Below are positions 28,801 to 36,641 of a DNA stretch of 48,216 nt, one piece after another. The DNA is taken from NCBI GenBank assembly GCA_050178385.1, contig JBFXGD010000006.1:1-48216 (forward strand). The letters run 5' to 3'. This stretch comes from Calditrichaceae bacterium (GTDB lineage Bacteria > Calditrichota > Calditrichia > Calditrichales > JBFXGD01). The stretch's first letter is position 1, and each line of letters begins with the position of its first letter. A program made the position numbers and the translations under genes. The notes under the pieces are model-generated. The model did no database searches and was not told the DNA's origin. It saw nothing but the letters and a program-made list of their open reading frames with translations.

Positions 28801-30751
28801 CATAGGGAGCGAGAAATTTATTCACAGTGACAACAACGGATGAAAAGTACGCCTGTTTTTCAGCTTCGTTCATGCTTTTTAAAGCTGTGACTACTTTCTC
28901 CTCATCGGGATATATGAGAACGGTATTATACTGCCGGTGATCGCCCACCAAAAAGACCTGTTTGATAAATTCAAAATCCCGGAAGTAGTTTTCAATTTTC
29001 TGCGGCGCGATCGTTTCGCCTTTGATGTTTTTATAAATTTCTTTTTTACGGTCAATTATCTCATAAAATTTATTCTCATCCTGTTTCATCACGTCACCCG
29101 TTGGAAACCAGCCGTCAATGAAGGCATCCTGACCGGATTTTAATCCATAATATCCCATCATCACATAAGCGCCCTTGATCAGGAGTTCTCCGTCTTCGCC
29201 AAGTTTCACATCAATTCCTGGAAGCGGCCGGCCAAGGGAGTTTGGAATATATTGTCCCGGTGGGGTCATGGTGATCCCTCCTGTGGCCTCGGTCATACCA
29301 AAACCGCTCATGATTTCAACTCCGTATTGCTGAAAGAACTGGAATACATCCGGTTCCAGATACCCTGCCGCTGAAAGTCCCCAGGCCAGCTTTCCGCCGG
29401 TTGCTTTTTTCACTGCTCTTTTAATAATCTTTTCATCATCAAATTCAATATCCGTTTTTTGAGAAATATATTCATAAAGCTGATACCATTTTTTGGGAAT
29501 GCTGATAAATACGGTGGGTTTTAGCCGTTCCATATTATCAAGCATTGTCTCCAGCGCGGGATTCTCCATAAAACCGTATTTCGCTCCCCAAAAAATGGAC
29601 CCAAGCATCTCGAGATATCTTCCGAATGTGTGGAATAGAGGCAAATAGGCCAGAAATCGATCCTCATGTCCTATTTTCGGCAATGCCATCGCGCGGCAAA
29701 ATCGTTTATAAACAAGATTTATGTTTGAAAACATTATGCCTTTAGGGTCACCTGTAGTGCCTGAAGTGTACATGATGGTCGCCAGTTCATCTATCTTTGT
29801 GTTTTTTTGCAGAGTTAAATAACTTTTTTCAGGAAAACTGACACCCTGCGCCACCATTTCCTGAAATGTCATCACCCAGTCTTCTAGGCTGCTGCCTTCC
29901 ATGAGAACAACATTTTTAAGATGCTTAAGATTTTTTCTGACCGATTTTACTTTTGCCAGCTGTTTGTCATTCCCTACAAAAATGATGGAGGCTTCCGTCT
30001 GATTGAGAATAAATTCCACATGCTGTTCTACCGAATTGGCCGGTATCATAATGTTTACGATCCCGGTTGTCAGGCAGGCCAGATCAAGAAGAGCCATATT
30101 AAGGCTGTTTTCCATCAGAAATGCTACTTTTCCGGGTTTATCACCATCCTGAAGCGCCAGTTTTGCCGCGCCAAACGCATATCCTTTGACAAGCTCATCA
30201 ATCTGATTCCATGAATAATCCGTCTCAGTAGCGCCATGGAACACCTTAAAAAGAATTTTTTTATTGTATTCCTTCACACGCTGCCTGAACATCGCGGCCA
30301 CATTAAAATTACTGATTAGAACAAGTTTATGAATTAATATTTCCCATTTTTTCTGTTCATAAATCTTGATTAAAAATTCAGACTGCCGAAAAACATCGAG
30401 ATAACTGTGAATCAATTTACAGGCTGCTGTTTGCCGGTCATGTTCTCTTTCCGAAACAGCACTTATCAGATAATCACCAAAACGGTAATAGATATCCGGG
30501 TCCAGCTTTTGCGCCAATAGCGTGATCATCTCGTTGAGTCCGGCTGATTCAAAAATTTCGTTCCAGGTATGCATGAGCTCGGGATAATGATTAAAGAGAT
30601 CCGCTTCCACTACCTGATTAACCGATTCATTTATAGATTTGGTAAAACCGCGCTTATTCTCAACTGACAAAGCTTCAACACCGGCCTGTACTGTTTCATT
30701 GATAAAATTAGCGTGGCTCATTATTTCCGCTTTTTTTTCTCTTGTAGTCAT
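25883..30751 (-). CDS. Multidomain protein: long-chain acyl-CoA synthetase-like AMP-binding domain + helical region + putative pseudokinase fold + C-terminal GNAT
   Basis: IMYTSGTTGDPKG, YLPLFHTF, GFGMTE, WFPTGD and IDRKKE (ANL family); VYMEKIVVSNRYRRKGIS and YFYRFGF (GNAT motifs); uninterrupted 1622-aa frame. Confidence 0.88.
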   Translation of the reverse strand: MTTREKKAEIMSHANFINETVQAGVEALSVENKRGFTKSINESVNQVVEADLFNHYPELMHTWNEIFESAGLNEMITLLAQKLDPDIYYRFGDYLISAVSEREHDRQTAACKLIHSYLDVFRQSEFLIKIYEQKKWEILIHKLVLISNFNVAAMFRQRVKEYNKKILFKVFHGATETDYSWNQIDELVKGYAFGAAKLALQDGDKPGKVAFLMENSLNMALLDLACLTTGIVNIMIPANSVEQHVEFILNQTEASIIFVGNDKQLAKVKSVRKNLKHLKNVVLMEGSSLEDWVMTFQEMVAQGVSFPEKSYLTLQKNTKIDELATIMYTSGTTGDPKGIMFSNINLVYKRFCRAMALPKIGHEDRFLAYLPLFHTFGRYLEMLGSIFWGAKYGFMENPALETMLDNMERLKPTVFISIPKKWYQLYEYISQKTDIEFDDEKIIKRAVKKATGGKLAWGLSAAGYLEPDVFQFFQQYGVEIMSGFGMTEATGGITMTPPGQYIPNSLGRPLPGIDVKLGEDGELLIKGAYVMMGYYGLKSGQDAFIDGWFPTGDVMKQDENKFYEIIDRKKEIYKNIKGETIAPQKIENYFRDFEFIKQVFLVGDHRQYNTVLIYPDEEKVVTALKSMNEAEKQAYFSSVVVTVNKFLAPYERIVDFRITDRPFTAEAGELTPKGTYKRRVIENNFNEIINLMYTKNYTSLLWGETEIRIPNWFLREKGCLKGDIKTTADGLTIPKYDQVLTIKQIDGHPDILRIGDFNYKIERNYIDFQIFLANPLYWLGNTKLIEFAGDAIFQWYRLDGSHEHVQYYSTTGPIELNGRLMDLMGKVLSGGEKSLMGLNLAAIHLRSRDLEEAVYGVKYLAMIFEDENLPFYSLALDLISRPNFSIHAGIRRQLFKLGLPIFKGKSFEWFLKIFIRDDPEIIDNELIESIVKASRGDENLNAIYAAIKSELTGLSKKVNLQKTALPSLFELLATYGIFHPTRYKRVRQLIVKYQLRDDWPQLAELASEARKKLLDGFRDWLGSNQTVAVDVETGEEYRWSDVIIFEQDIPDSDRQRQLDAITNTSILREAIFLFSNGNMIRLYDIPAGGIWISQLSSSNAKSVYRVSVQTRYQGGYDITLNLNKNYPTEQILSEMNWLIHAGATKDGLSLVDDFGGYWREFDLWSEEFASGDSVGKIMQRGIRKKNDEMNRRLYYLWPFFVWTAMAAHISFWRRTGYKMSLTDKSINNIIVPSHDYQTGVRFISIAERAATTNAVELLNDFSDQFIKTSEEHFPFIKRESFCFYVFSGILDALGEENGLKLLKKIYREVKNSEIPCPTNDLADSLNEFINHTRKNGFVPKKLYFAIKRFHRWFNLSRDAAFTAQARTLNELSDTYQLQELDRQYPETRTRFFLETVFADSSEQLKEEMMDIVRKQHKKHISTEETLSLLSSVQKEYTLNEKEAFFLTRLSYPHLRPTDSAVLVSTLSDGGSMADVVVRMDDYDGVPFQVRRPVSPKEISRLHQLFLEASLPVNFRPEHRFLVSVSERGHIIGGLFYSYIDEKTVYMEKIVVSNRYRRKGISEGIMNEFFNRLRDEYVELVTTAFLRPEYFYRFGFKVEKKYSGLVKDLRTILPKTDDDALKI

Positions 30752-30834
30752 AAAACAGACCCTTCTGTTTTTGAAGGAATAAATACTGAATTTTTATAGG
30801 AAGAACTCGTTTTGAAGTTAAGAATAAACTAAGC

Positions 30835-30871
30835 AAAAAAAAACGGGATTGAAATAATTCAACCCCGTTTT
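30835..30871 (-). terminator. Intrinsic terminator after the DUF4097 gene
   Basis: Minus strand AAACGGGGTTGAA-TTAT-TTCAATCCCGTTT followed by a T run (one G-U pair). Confidence 0.8.
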
Positions 30872-30893
30872 CCGGTGTTATTTGGTTTGGTAG

Positions 30894-31697
30894 CTATTTT
30901 TTATACAATTTTATGGATCCGTTGGTCGTTTTTAAATATATCTGCGCCCCGCCCTCGTTAATCATACCGGATACTGTTCTCTTTGACTGACTGTAATACT
31001 CCGTTACAGGCAGCTCGCAATTAATACTCCCGTTAGTAGTCTGAGCCTTGAAGTCAGCATTCAGATTCTCAGGCAGATAGATTTTAATGGAACCGTTTGT
31101 GGATGTGAAAGTCATATCATCATCCGGATACACTTTTCCGAATGACGCATTGATTGCGCCGTTAGTCGTTTTACTGCGAATCAATCCGCTCACTTCCTCA
31201 GCTTTAATGTTTCCGTTGGTCGTCTCCAGCCTTAACCGACCTTCGCAGCCTGCCAGATTAATCGAGCCGTTCGTTGACTGGATGTTCAGATCCAGTTTCT
31301 CGGGTACATTAATTTCGTAATTTATAGAGTAATTGTTGTCTCCGCCGCTTAGAAGCCATGAAAAGAATCCGCTGCTTCCATGCTCTTTATCAGGCCGACC
31401 GGTAATGATCTCAACCTTACTGCCGGTCATAAGAATTTCGATCTCCAATTCCTTCATCATCTCGCGGGCACTATCCATATCCGATGAGCGTACTTTTTTA
31501 TAGGCAATGATTTCTATTTCATTTTTATCCCATGTGCGGATATCGATATTACCATTTTTATTTTCAAGAATCAGTAATTCCTTCCCTTCGGAAGGGACTC
31601 TTTTTTTGAACGTCTCTTCAAGTGTTGCGGCATTAAGCAAAGATGTCAGTAAAATTATATTCAAGACAAAGAATATGATAATCGTTAATCGTTTCAT
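30894..31697 (-). CDS. DUF4097 family beta-strand-repeat exported protein
   Basis: Signal peptide, repeated (S/T)TNG(S/N/A)I motifs and YEINVP. Confidence 0.88.
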   Translation of the reverse strand: MKRLTIIIFFVLNIILLTSLLNAATLEETFKKRVPSEGKELLILENKNGNIDIRTWDKNEIEIIAYKKVRSSDMDSAREMMKELEIEILMTGSKVEIITGRPDKEHGSSGFFSWLLSGGDNNYSINYEINVPEKLDLNIQSTNGSINLAGCEGRLRLETTNGNIKAEEVSGLIRSKTTNGAINASFGKVYPDDDMTFTSTNGSIKIYLPENLNADFKAQTTNGSINCELPVTEYYSQSKRTVSGMINEGGAQIYLKTTNGSIKLYKK

Positions 31698-31715
31698 GAC
31701 ACACCCCTGATTTTG

Positions 31716-33476
31716 TTATTTATCAAGACGAAAAACAGTAATACCCCAATTTGTAGGATCGTGAGGCTGCGTTGCATTCCAATTGTAATAGGAATGGCTG
31801 TCATCAGAACTGAAGTGAACGCGATAAGTACCGGAATCTAAATTGATAACTGTATCGATTTTTCTGTTCTTTTTCGCTCCACCTGCGTTTTCAGTATCCC
31901 TGTATCTCATTTTCCAGACAGTATTACCAGTATTTACATCCTCAATCCACCCGTAATCATACATCTCGTCCCAATCACCTTCGCCGATAGCGTAAATACG
32001 TACGCGCGTTTTTTTCTTGAGTGTAAACTGCTTTTTTACATGCTCATCATCACCAATCCTGGTTAGTTCAGCCAGAATATTTTCATTCTTTGTCGTAAAA
32101 CTGTCTATACGTTCTGCCGCTTTATTGTCATTTACCGGGTAAATGGCTACTCCCCATGATTCGGCATCGATGGGCGGACTGGTATTCCAGTCTTCGTATG
32201 AATGTGAATCGTCACTCTGATAGTGAAGCATATATTCCCCGGGACTGAGCTCAACAACCTGATCCAACATCCTGTTTTTACTGGCGCCTCCTGCCGCGAT
32301 CGTATCTTTAAATCGCATTTTCCAGATGATTTGTCCGGTTTTTACGTCCGTAATCCACCCATAATCAAACATTTCTCCGTCGCGGCCTTCTCCAAGAGCG
32401 TATATCCTAAAGTTTGATTTTCTGTTTACCCTGAAACCTTCTTCCCTGTAGTCATTATCACGCACCCGTGAAATTTTAACCACTGAGTTTTTCTCAGAAT
32501 CTTCAAATTTTTTCACCACAGCGCGGTCAAAATCCGGATTGTCCGGCTGGATCGAAATACCCCAGAAAAAAGGATCATAAGGAGGATTCGCGTTCCAGCG
32601 CGCGTCGGAATGATTATCATCTGATTTATAATAGACGATATAATTTCCCGGCGCAAGCACGAGTTTCTTTTCAAATACGCGGTTTTTAACAGCACCCCCG
32701 GCGTATTCCGAATCCTGTTCCCTCATTTCCCAGATTTTTTCCCTTGTTTTCGCGTCCACAATCCACCCGGAATCGTACATTTCCCCCTTAAAGCCTTCCC
32801 CTATCGCGTAAACGACAACATTAAGCTGCTTAGTCAGGGTAAATCCTCTGCTCTCATAAGCGCGATCCCCTATATCGGTCAAACTGATAATAGCCGTTTC
32901 TTTGAGCGCTTTTTGATATTTTCGGACGGCCTGTTCATTTAATACGGCATCTGCTCCGCTCACCTGAATCAGCCATTTATTTGAATGATCTTCCCACCAG
33001 GTATCGGATCCGAAAATTTTATCCATCAAGCGGCCAAAACTTAAAAATCCATCCCCCAGACTAAAATAAGTCGGTTCGACGGCGGCAAAATATAGTTCAT
33101 ACTCTCCTGCGGGTAACTTGACTTCCCCCATGAATTCCCTGTTCCATTTATCCCACCAGTCTGTCTTTGAATTATCCTGGGTCATCCTCCAGACCAATTT
33201 TCTTGATTTCGCGTCAATAATCCAGGCATAGGCAAACAGATTAAATTTATCTTCCTGAAAGCTGTGAATTCTTTTAATCGTCTTATCCGCGCCTGCTCCG
33301 ATCGCGTGTATTTTTACAGTCCTGGCTGAATTAAGCGTAAATCCCGCCAGATTTATCTGCCCTGTATCCTTGTCAAAATCTTTTAACTCAACCGATTGAT
33401 TTTGGGCAGGCAGTTGATGTGCAGCCAGTGCAATGACCAGAAAACCGGCGAATAGTATGATAAAATTCTTATTCAT
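31716..33476 (-). CDS. Exported hypothetical protein made of four tandem ~136-aa repeats
   Basis: Signal peptide; repeated YA(I/L)GEG, M(Y/F)DxGWI, WxM, AGGAxKNR, SDD(S/N)HS and WG motifs. Confidence 0.85.
   Translation of the reverse strand: MNKNFIILFAGFLVIALAAHQLPAQNQSVELKDFDKDTGQINLAGFTLNSARTVKIHAIGAGADKTIKRIHSFQEDKFNLFAYAWIIDAKSRKLVWRMTQDNSKTDWWDKWNREFMGEVKLPAGEYELYFAAVEPTYFSLGDGFLSFGRLMDKIFGSDTWWEDHSNKWLIQVSGADAVLNEQAVRKYQKALKETAIISLTDIGDRAYESRGFTLTKQLNVVVYAIGEGFKGEMYDSGWIVDAKTREKIWEMREQDSEYAGGAVKNRVFEKKLVLAPGNYIVYYKSDDNHSDARWNANPPYDPFFWGISIQPDNPDFDRAVVKKFEDSEKNSVVKISRVRDNDYREEGFRVNRKSNFRIYALGEGRDGEMFDYGWITDVKTGQIIWKMRFKDTIAAGGASKNRMLDQVVELSPGEYMLHYQSDDSHSYEDWNTSPPIDAESWGVAIYPVNDNKAAERIDSFTTKNENILAELTRIGDDEHVKKQFTLKKKTRVRIYAIGEGDWDEMYDYGWIEDVNTGNTVWKMRYRDTENAGGAKKNRKIDTVINLDSGTYRVHFSSDDSHSYYNWNATQPHDPTNWGITVFRLDK
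31725..33400 (-). repeat. Intragenic tandem domain repeat (three conserved units and one degenerate unit)
   Basis: AGGA codons start at 32702, 32294 and 31886, an exact 408-nt (136-aa) period. Outer boundaries are approximate. Confidence 0.85.
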
Positions 33477-33491
33477 AAAGTCCCATCCTTG

Positions 33492-35084
33492 TTAAAATGG
33501 CTTTGTCAATCTGAATATGACTTCGATGGGTTCATTATTTGTATCCAGTCTCTTCGCGAAGCTTAAACGGTATTCACCGGACCAGCTCGTTAGCGCTAAA
33601 CCGATATCAGATTTTAGATTATTTATCGTAAGAGAAGAAAATCCTTCATACCACTTATCATCTTCAGGATTGTTTGCAAACCATGCCTTGCCCGCGTCGA
33701 AGAAAAGAATGTAGCGCATTCTGTCAAAAAACAAAAAATTCGCCGACACTGTTTTTGGGCTGATATTATATTCAAAATTGGCCAGTACCATCCGGTCACC
33801 CGAGTATTCTTTATGATCAAAACCGCGCAATGTGCTTAAACCGCCGATTTCATACCATTTCTGTATCGGCAATTCTCCCTCGGATGAGCCAATCTTCAGA
33901 CGCATGTCAAGACGTTCATTCCCTCCAAATTTTTGATAACGCCGTAATTCAAAAATATATTGATTAAAATAGAAATCACTCTCAAGATCGGAATTTGACA
34001 TTTCCATCGATACCAATCCATACCAACCGCGGCGTGGAAGCTTTTTGTTATCCCTTGTGTCCAGATACAGTTCACCGTAAATACTTCTCATATTTCCTTC
34101 ATCTATGAAAGGGTTGGGCTGAAAATCTTTATCCCCGCCAAAAAGCGCCCAGTTTGTATTTCTTTTAACTGATTCATAATCATCGTTACGATATGCCAGC
34201 GTTCCCTTGAAAAAAATGGAAATATTCTGACTCATGTGAAATTCATACCCTGTACGGCGGAAATAGTCCTGGAAATCCTCATGCATCAGGAATGACGCGA
34301 GACTGTTTTCCATGGGAGTGATCAGCCAGTTATCTTTTGTATCAGTTAAATCATGCACCTTGGCGCCAATTTCAAAACGGTAATCTTTCTGATTGATCAG
34401 CCAGCGATCCAAACCGATCTCATAACGCCATTTTTTTTCTTTAAAACCATACCCACCAAATCCGTGTATGGAAAAATATCTGTTTTTACCGCTGATCTTT
34501 TTGGGAACTCCCAGACCCAGAAAAACACCCTGCACACGATTGTAACTCAGAAGGAACTCATCATCCCAGCCGCCCAGGGGCAAAGTACTGTATGAACCGT
34601 AGAATCGTCTCGACCAGTTCCAGTCCCACCAGTCATCATTACCCACATCATATTGTTCATCCCATTCGGTGCGCGGGAACAGATTTTTTGCCCGGGTTTC
34701 GACCTGATTCCCTGTAATCGTACTATTTTCACTCTGATAGATGCGGCCGTTTATACTGGTTACATTCCCGTAAATCCTTCCTGTCTGACCGGTTCTTACA
34801 TCTCCCAGAATTACAATCACATCACCGTTGATCTGTCCATTTACTGATAAATCACCTTTTACGACTACCACATTTCCATCAATAGTATCGACTTCAGCGA
34901 TAACCTTATCTTCTGTAAAGCGGTATTCGTCTTTTGTTTCATCGCTAAAATATTTTTCCTTCGCCCGTTTTTCAACCTTATTAATATTTGGAATATCTTC
35001 ATCAAAATCCTGTGTAAAGCCGGTCCCATAACAGAGAAAAACCACTGCAGTCAATAAAAAAAGTCTTTTGGTCACAAAAAACAT
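33492..35084 (-). CDS. Omp85/BamA-TamA family beta-barrel with N-terminal bactofilin-like beta-helix
   Basis: GGAGG RBS before ATG 35084; signal peptide; IDGNVVVVKGDLSVNGQINGDVIVILGDV repeats; YNRVQG, DTRD, GGLSTLRGF, FFDAGKAW and terminal F. Confidence 0.8.
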   Translation of the reverse strand: MFFVTKRLFLLTAVVFLCYGTGFTQDFDEDIPNINKVEKRAKEKYFSDETKDEYRFTEDKVIAEVDTIDGNVVVVKGDLSVNGQINGDVIVILGDVRTGQTGRIYGNVTSINGRIYQSENSTITGNQVETRAKNLFPRTEWDEQYDVGNDDWWDWNWSRRFYGSYSTLPLGGWDDEFLLSYNRVQGVFLGLGVPKKISGKNRYFSIHGFGGYGFKEKKWRYEIGLDRWLINQKDYRFEIGAKVHDLTDTKDNWLITPMENSLASFLMHEDFQDYFRRTGYEFHMSQNISIFFKGTLAYRNDDYESVKRNTNWALFGGDKDFQPNPFIDEGNMRSIYGELYLDTRDNKKLPRRGWYGLVSMEMSNSDLESDFYFNQYIFELRRYQKFGGNERLDMRLKIGSSEGELPIQKWYEIGGLSTLRGFDHKEYSGDRMVLANFEYNISPKTVSANFLFFDRMRYILFFDAGKAWFANNPEDDKWYEGFSSLTINNLKSDIGLALTSWSGEYRLSFAKRLDTNNEPIEVIFRLTKPF

Positions 35085-35131
35085 ATCTGCCTCCGTCGAC
35101 ATTGCGATATGGGTATTTTATTTCGTATATG

Positions 35132-35159
35132 TTTACGCAGTATCATTTAAAAAGTTACA
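35132..35159 (-). promoter_or_regulatory. Putative ECF-sigma promoter of the Omp85/repeat/DUF4097 operon
   Basis: Minus strand TGTAAC-N16-CGTAAA, matching the SigW/SigX-type AAC...CGT consensus. Confidence 0.65.
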
Positions 35160-35315
35160 TCAACCCTCAATAATCCGGACTTTTTGTATAATAGTACGTG
35201 TAATTTTCTTGAATTGTTTTAATTTTCTTTTAAACCGCTTCATTTTTATTTTTTATCAGTCAATAAAAAACTTATTTTAGAAATTCTGAAAATATACAGA
35301 CCGTTAAAGGGGAAC

Positions 35316-36473
35316 ATGAATCCGCTAAGAAAAGACCCGATGTACAGATTTCTGATGGTACTGACAATCGCTTCGGTTTCGGGACTTCAAACATGGCGTA
35401 CTCTGTTTAACAATTTCGCCGTCGATGTCGCTAATCTGGATGGTAATCATATAGGAATGATCCAGGCTTTCCGGGAAATACCGGGATTCCTGGCTTTGCT
35501 TGCCATTTTCGTGATGCTGTTAATCCGGGAACATAAACTTTCCGCTTTTTCTATTGTTATTCTCGGGACAGGTGTGGCGCTGACAGGTTTTTTCCCTTCC
35601 TATACGGGATTGCTTATAACAACACTTATAATGAGTTTCGGATTTCATTACTATGAAACTACGAATCAATCGCTTACTCTGCAGTACTTTGACACAGGTG
35701 TATCTCCCTGGGTTTTCGGTAAGCTACGAAGTCTGGCGGCGGCATCCAATATCGCCATAGGTATCATAATATATTTTATTTCACCGATTTTATCTTTCCT
35801 TCAATTGTTTCTGCTTGTCGGCGGTCTCATTGTGTTGATGGGGTTATGGGGCCTAAATCAGGATCCGGTGAATGAGACCATAATTCCACAGCGCAAAAAA
35901 ATTGTTTTTAGAAAAAAATACACGTTGTATTATTTTTTGACTTTCATGGCCGGAGCGCGGAGGCAGATTTTTGTGGCTTTCGCGGTCTTCCTGCTTGTGA
36001 AAAAGTTTAATTACACTGTCCGGGAAGTCACGATTTTGTTTGTTATCAACAATATTGTAAATTTCTTTTTAAGTCCTGCCATTGGAAAGGCGATAATCCG
36101 GTTTGGTGAACGCAAAGTGCTGTCACTGGAATATTTTAGCCTGATTTTTATTTTTATTGCCTATGCTGTGATAGAATCAAAAATACTGGTGGCCGGATTG
36201 TACATACTTGATCATATTTTCTTCAACTTTGCCATTGCCATCCGGACATATTTTCAAAAAGTGGGAGATTCTGCCGATATCGCTTCCGGTATGGCAGTGG
36301 GTTTCACCGTTAATCATATCGCAGCGGTCTTTATACCGGTTTTTGGCGGATTGTTGTGGATGATTGATTACAGAATTCCGTTTCTGGCGGGTGCTTTCAT
36401 GAGCGCAATTTCACTGACTGCCGCACAGTTTATAAAAACAGGTGTACATGGGAGAGAACAGATTCCCTCGTGA
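35316..36473 (+). CDS. MFS transporter
   Basis: About 12 hydrophobic segments, REIPGFLA, GARRQIF, RFGERK and NHIAAV. Confidence 0.9.
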   Translation: MNPLRKDPMYRFLMVLTIASVSGLQTWRTLFNNFAVDVANLDGNHIGMIQAFREIPGFLALLAIFVMLLIREHKLSAFSIVILGTGVALTGFFPSYTGLLITTLIMSFGFHYYETTNQSLTLQYFDTGVSPWVFGKLRSLAAASNIAIGIIIYFISPILSFLQLFLLVGGLIVLMGLWGLNQDPVNETIIPQRKKIVFRKKYTLYYFLTFMAGARRQIFVAFAVFLLVKKFNYTVREVTILFVINNIVNFFLSPAIGKAIIRFGERKVLSLEYFSLIFIFIAYAVIESKILVAGLYILDHIFFNFAIAIRTYFQKVGDSADIASGMAVGFTVNHIAAVFIPVFGGLLWMIDYRIPFLAGAFMSAISLTAAQFIKTGVHGREQIPS

Positions 36474-36514
36474 TTCCTGAAAATAACCGGCATTTAAAAC
36501 CATAATCGCAAATT

Positions 36515-36543
36515 TGAAACTATTGAGACAAAATTTGCGTTCA
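36515..36543 (+). promoter_or_regulatory. Putative ECF-sigma promoter upstream of prc
   Basis: TGAAAC-N17-CGTTCA, about 100 nt before ATG 36642. Confidence 0.55.
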
Positions 36544-36641
36544 TCAAAAAGCAAAAGCAGTCACCAATAAACAGAACCCTTAAAAACTACAACATTTATT
36601 TGGAGTGGTAAATTAAGAATTACATACATGGGAAAATCTCA

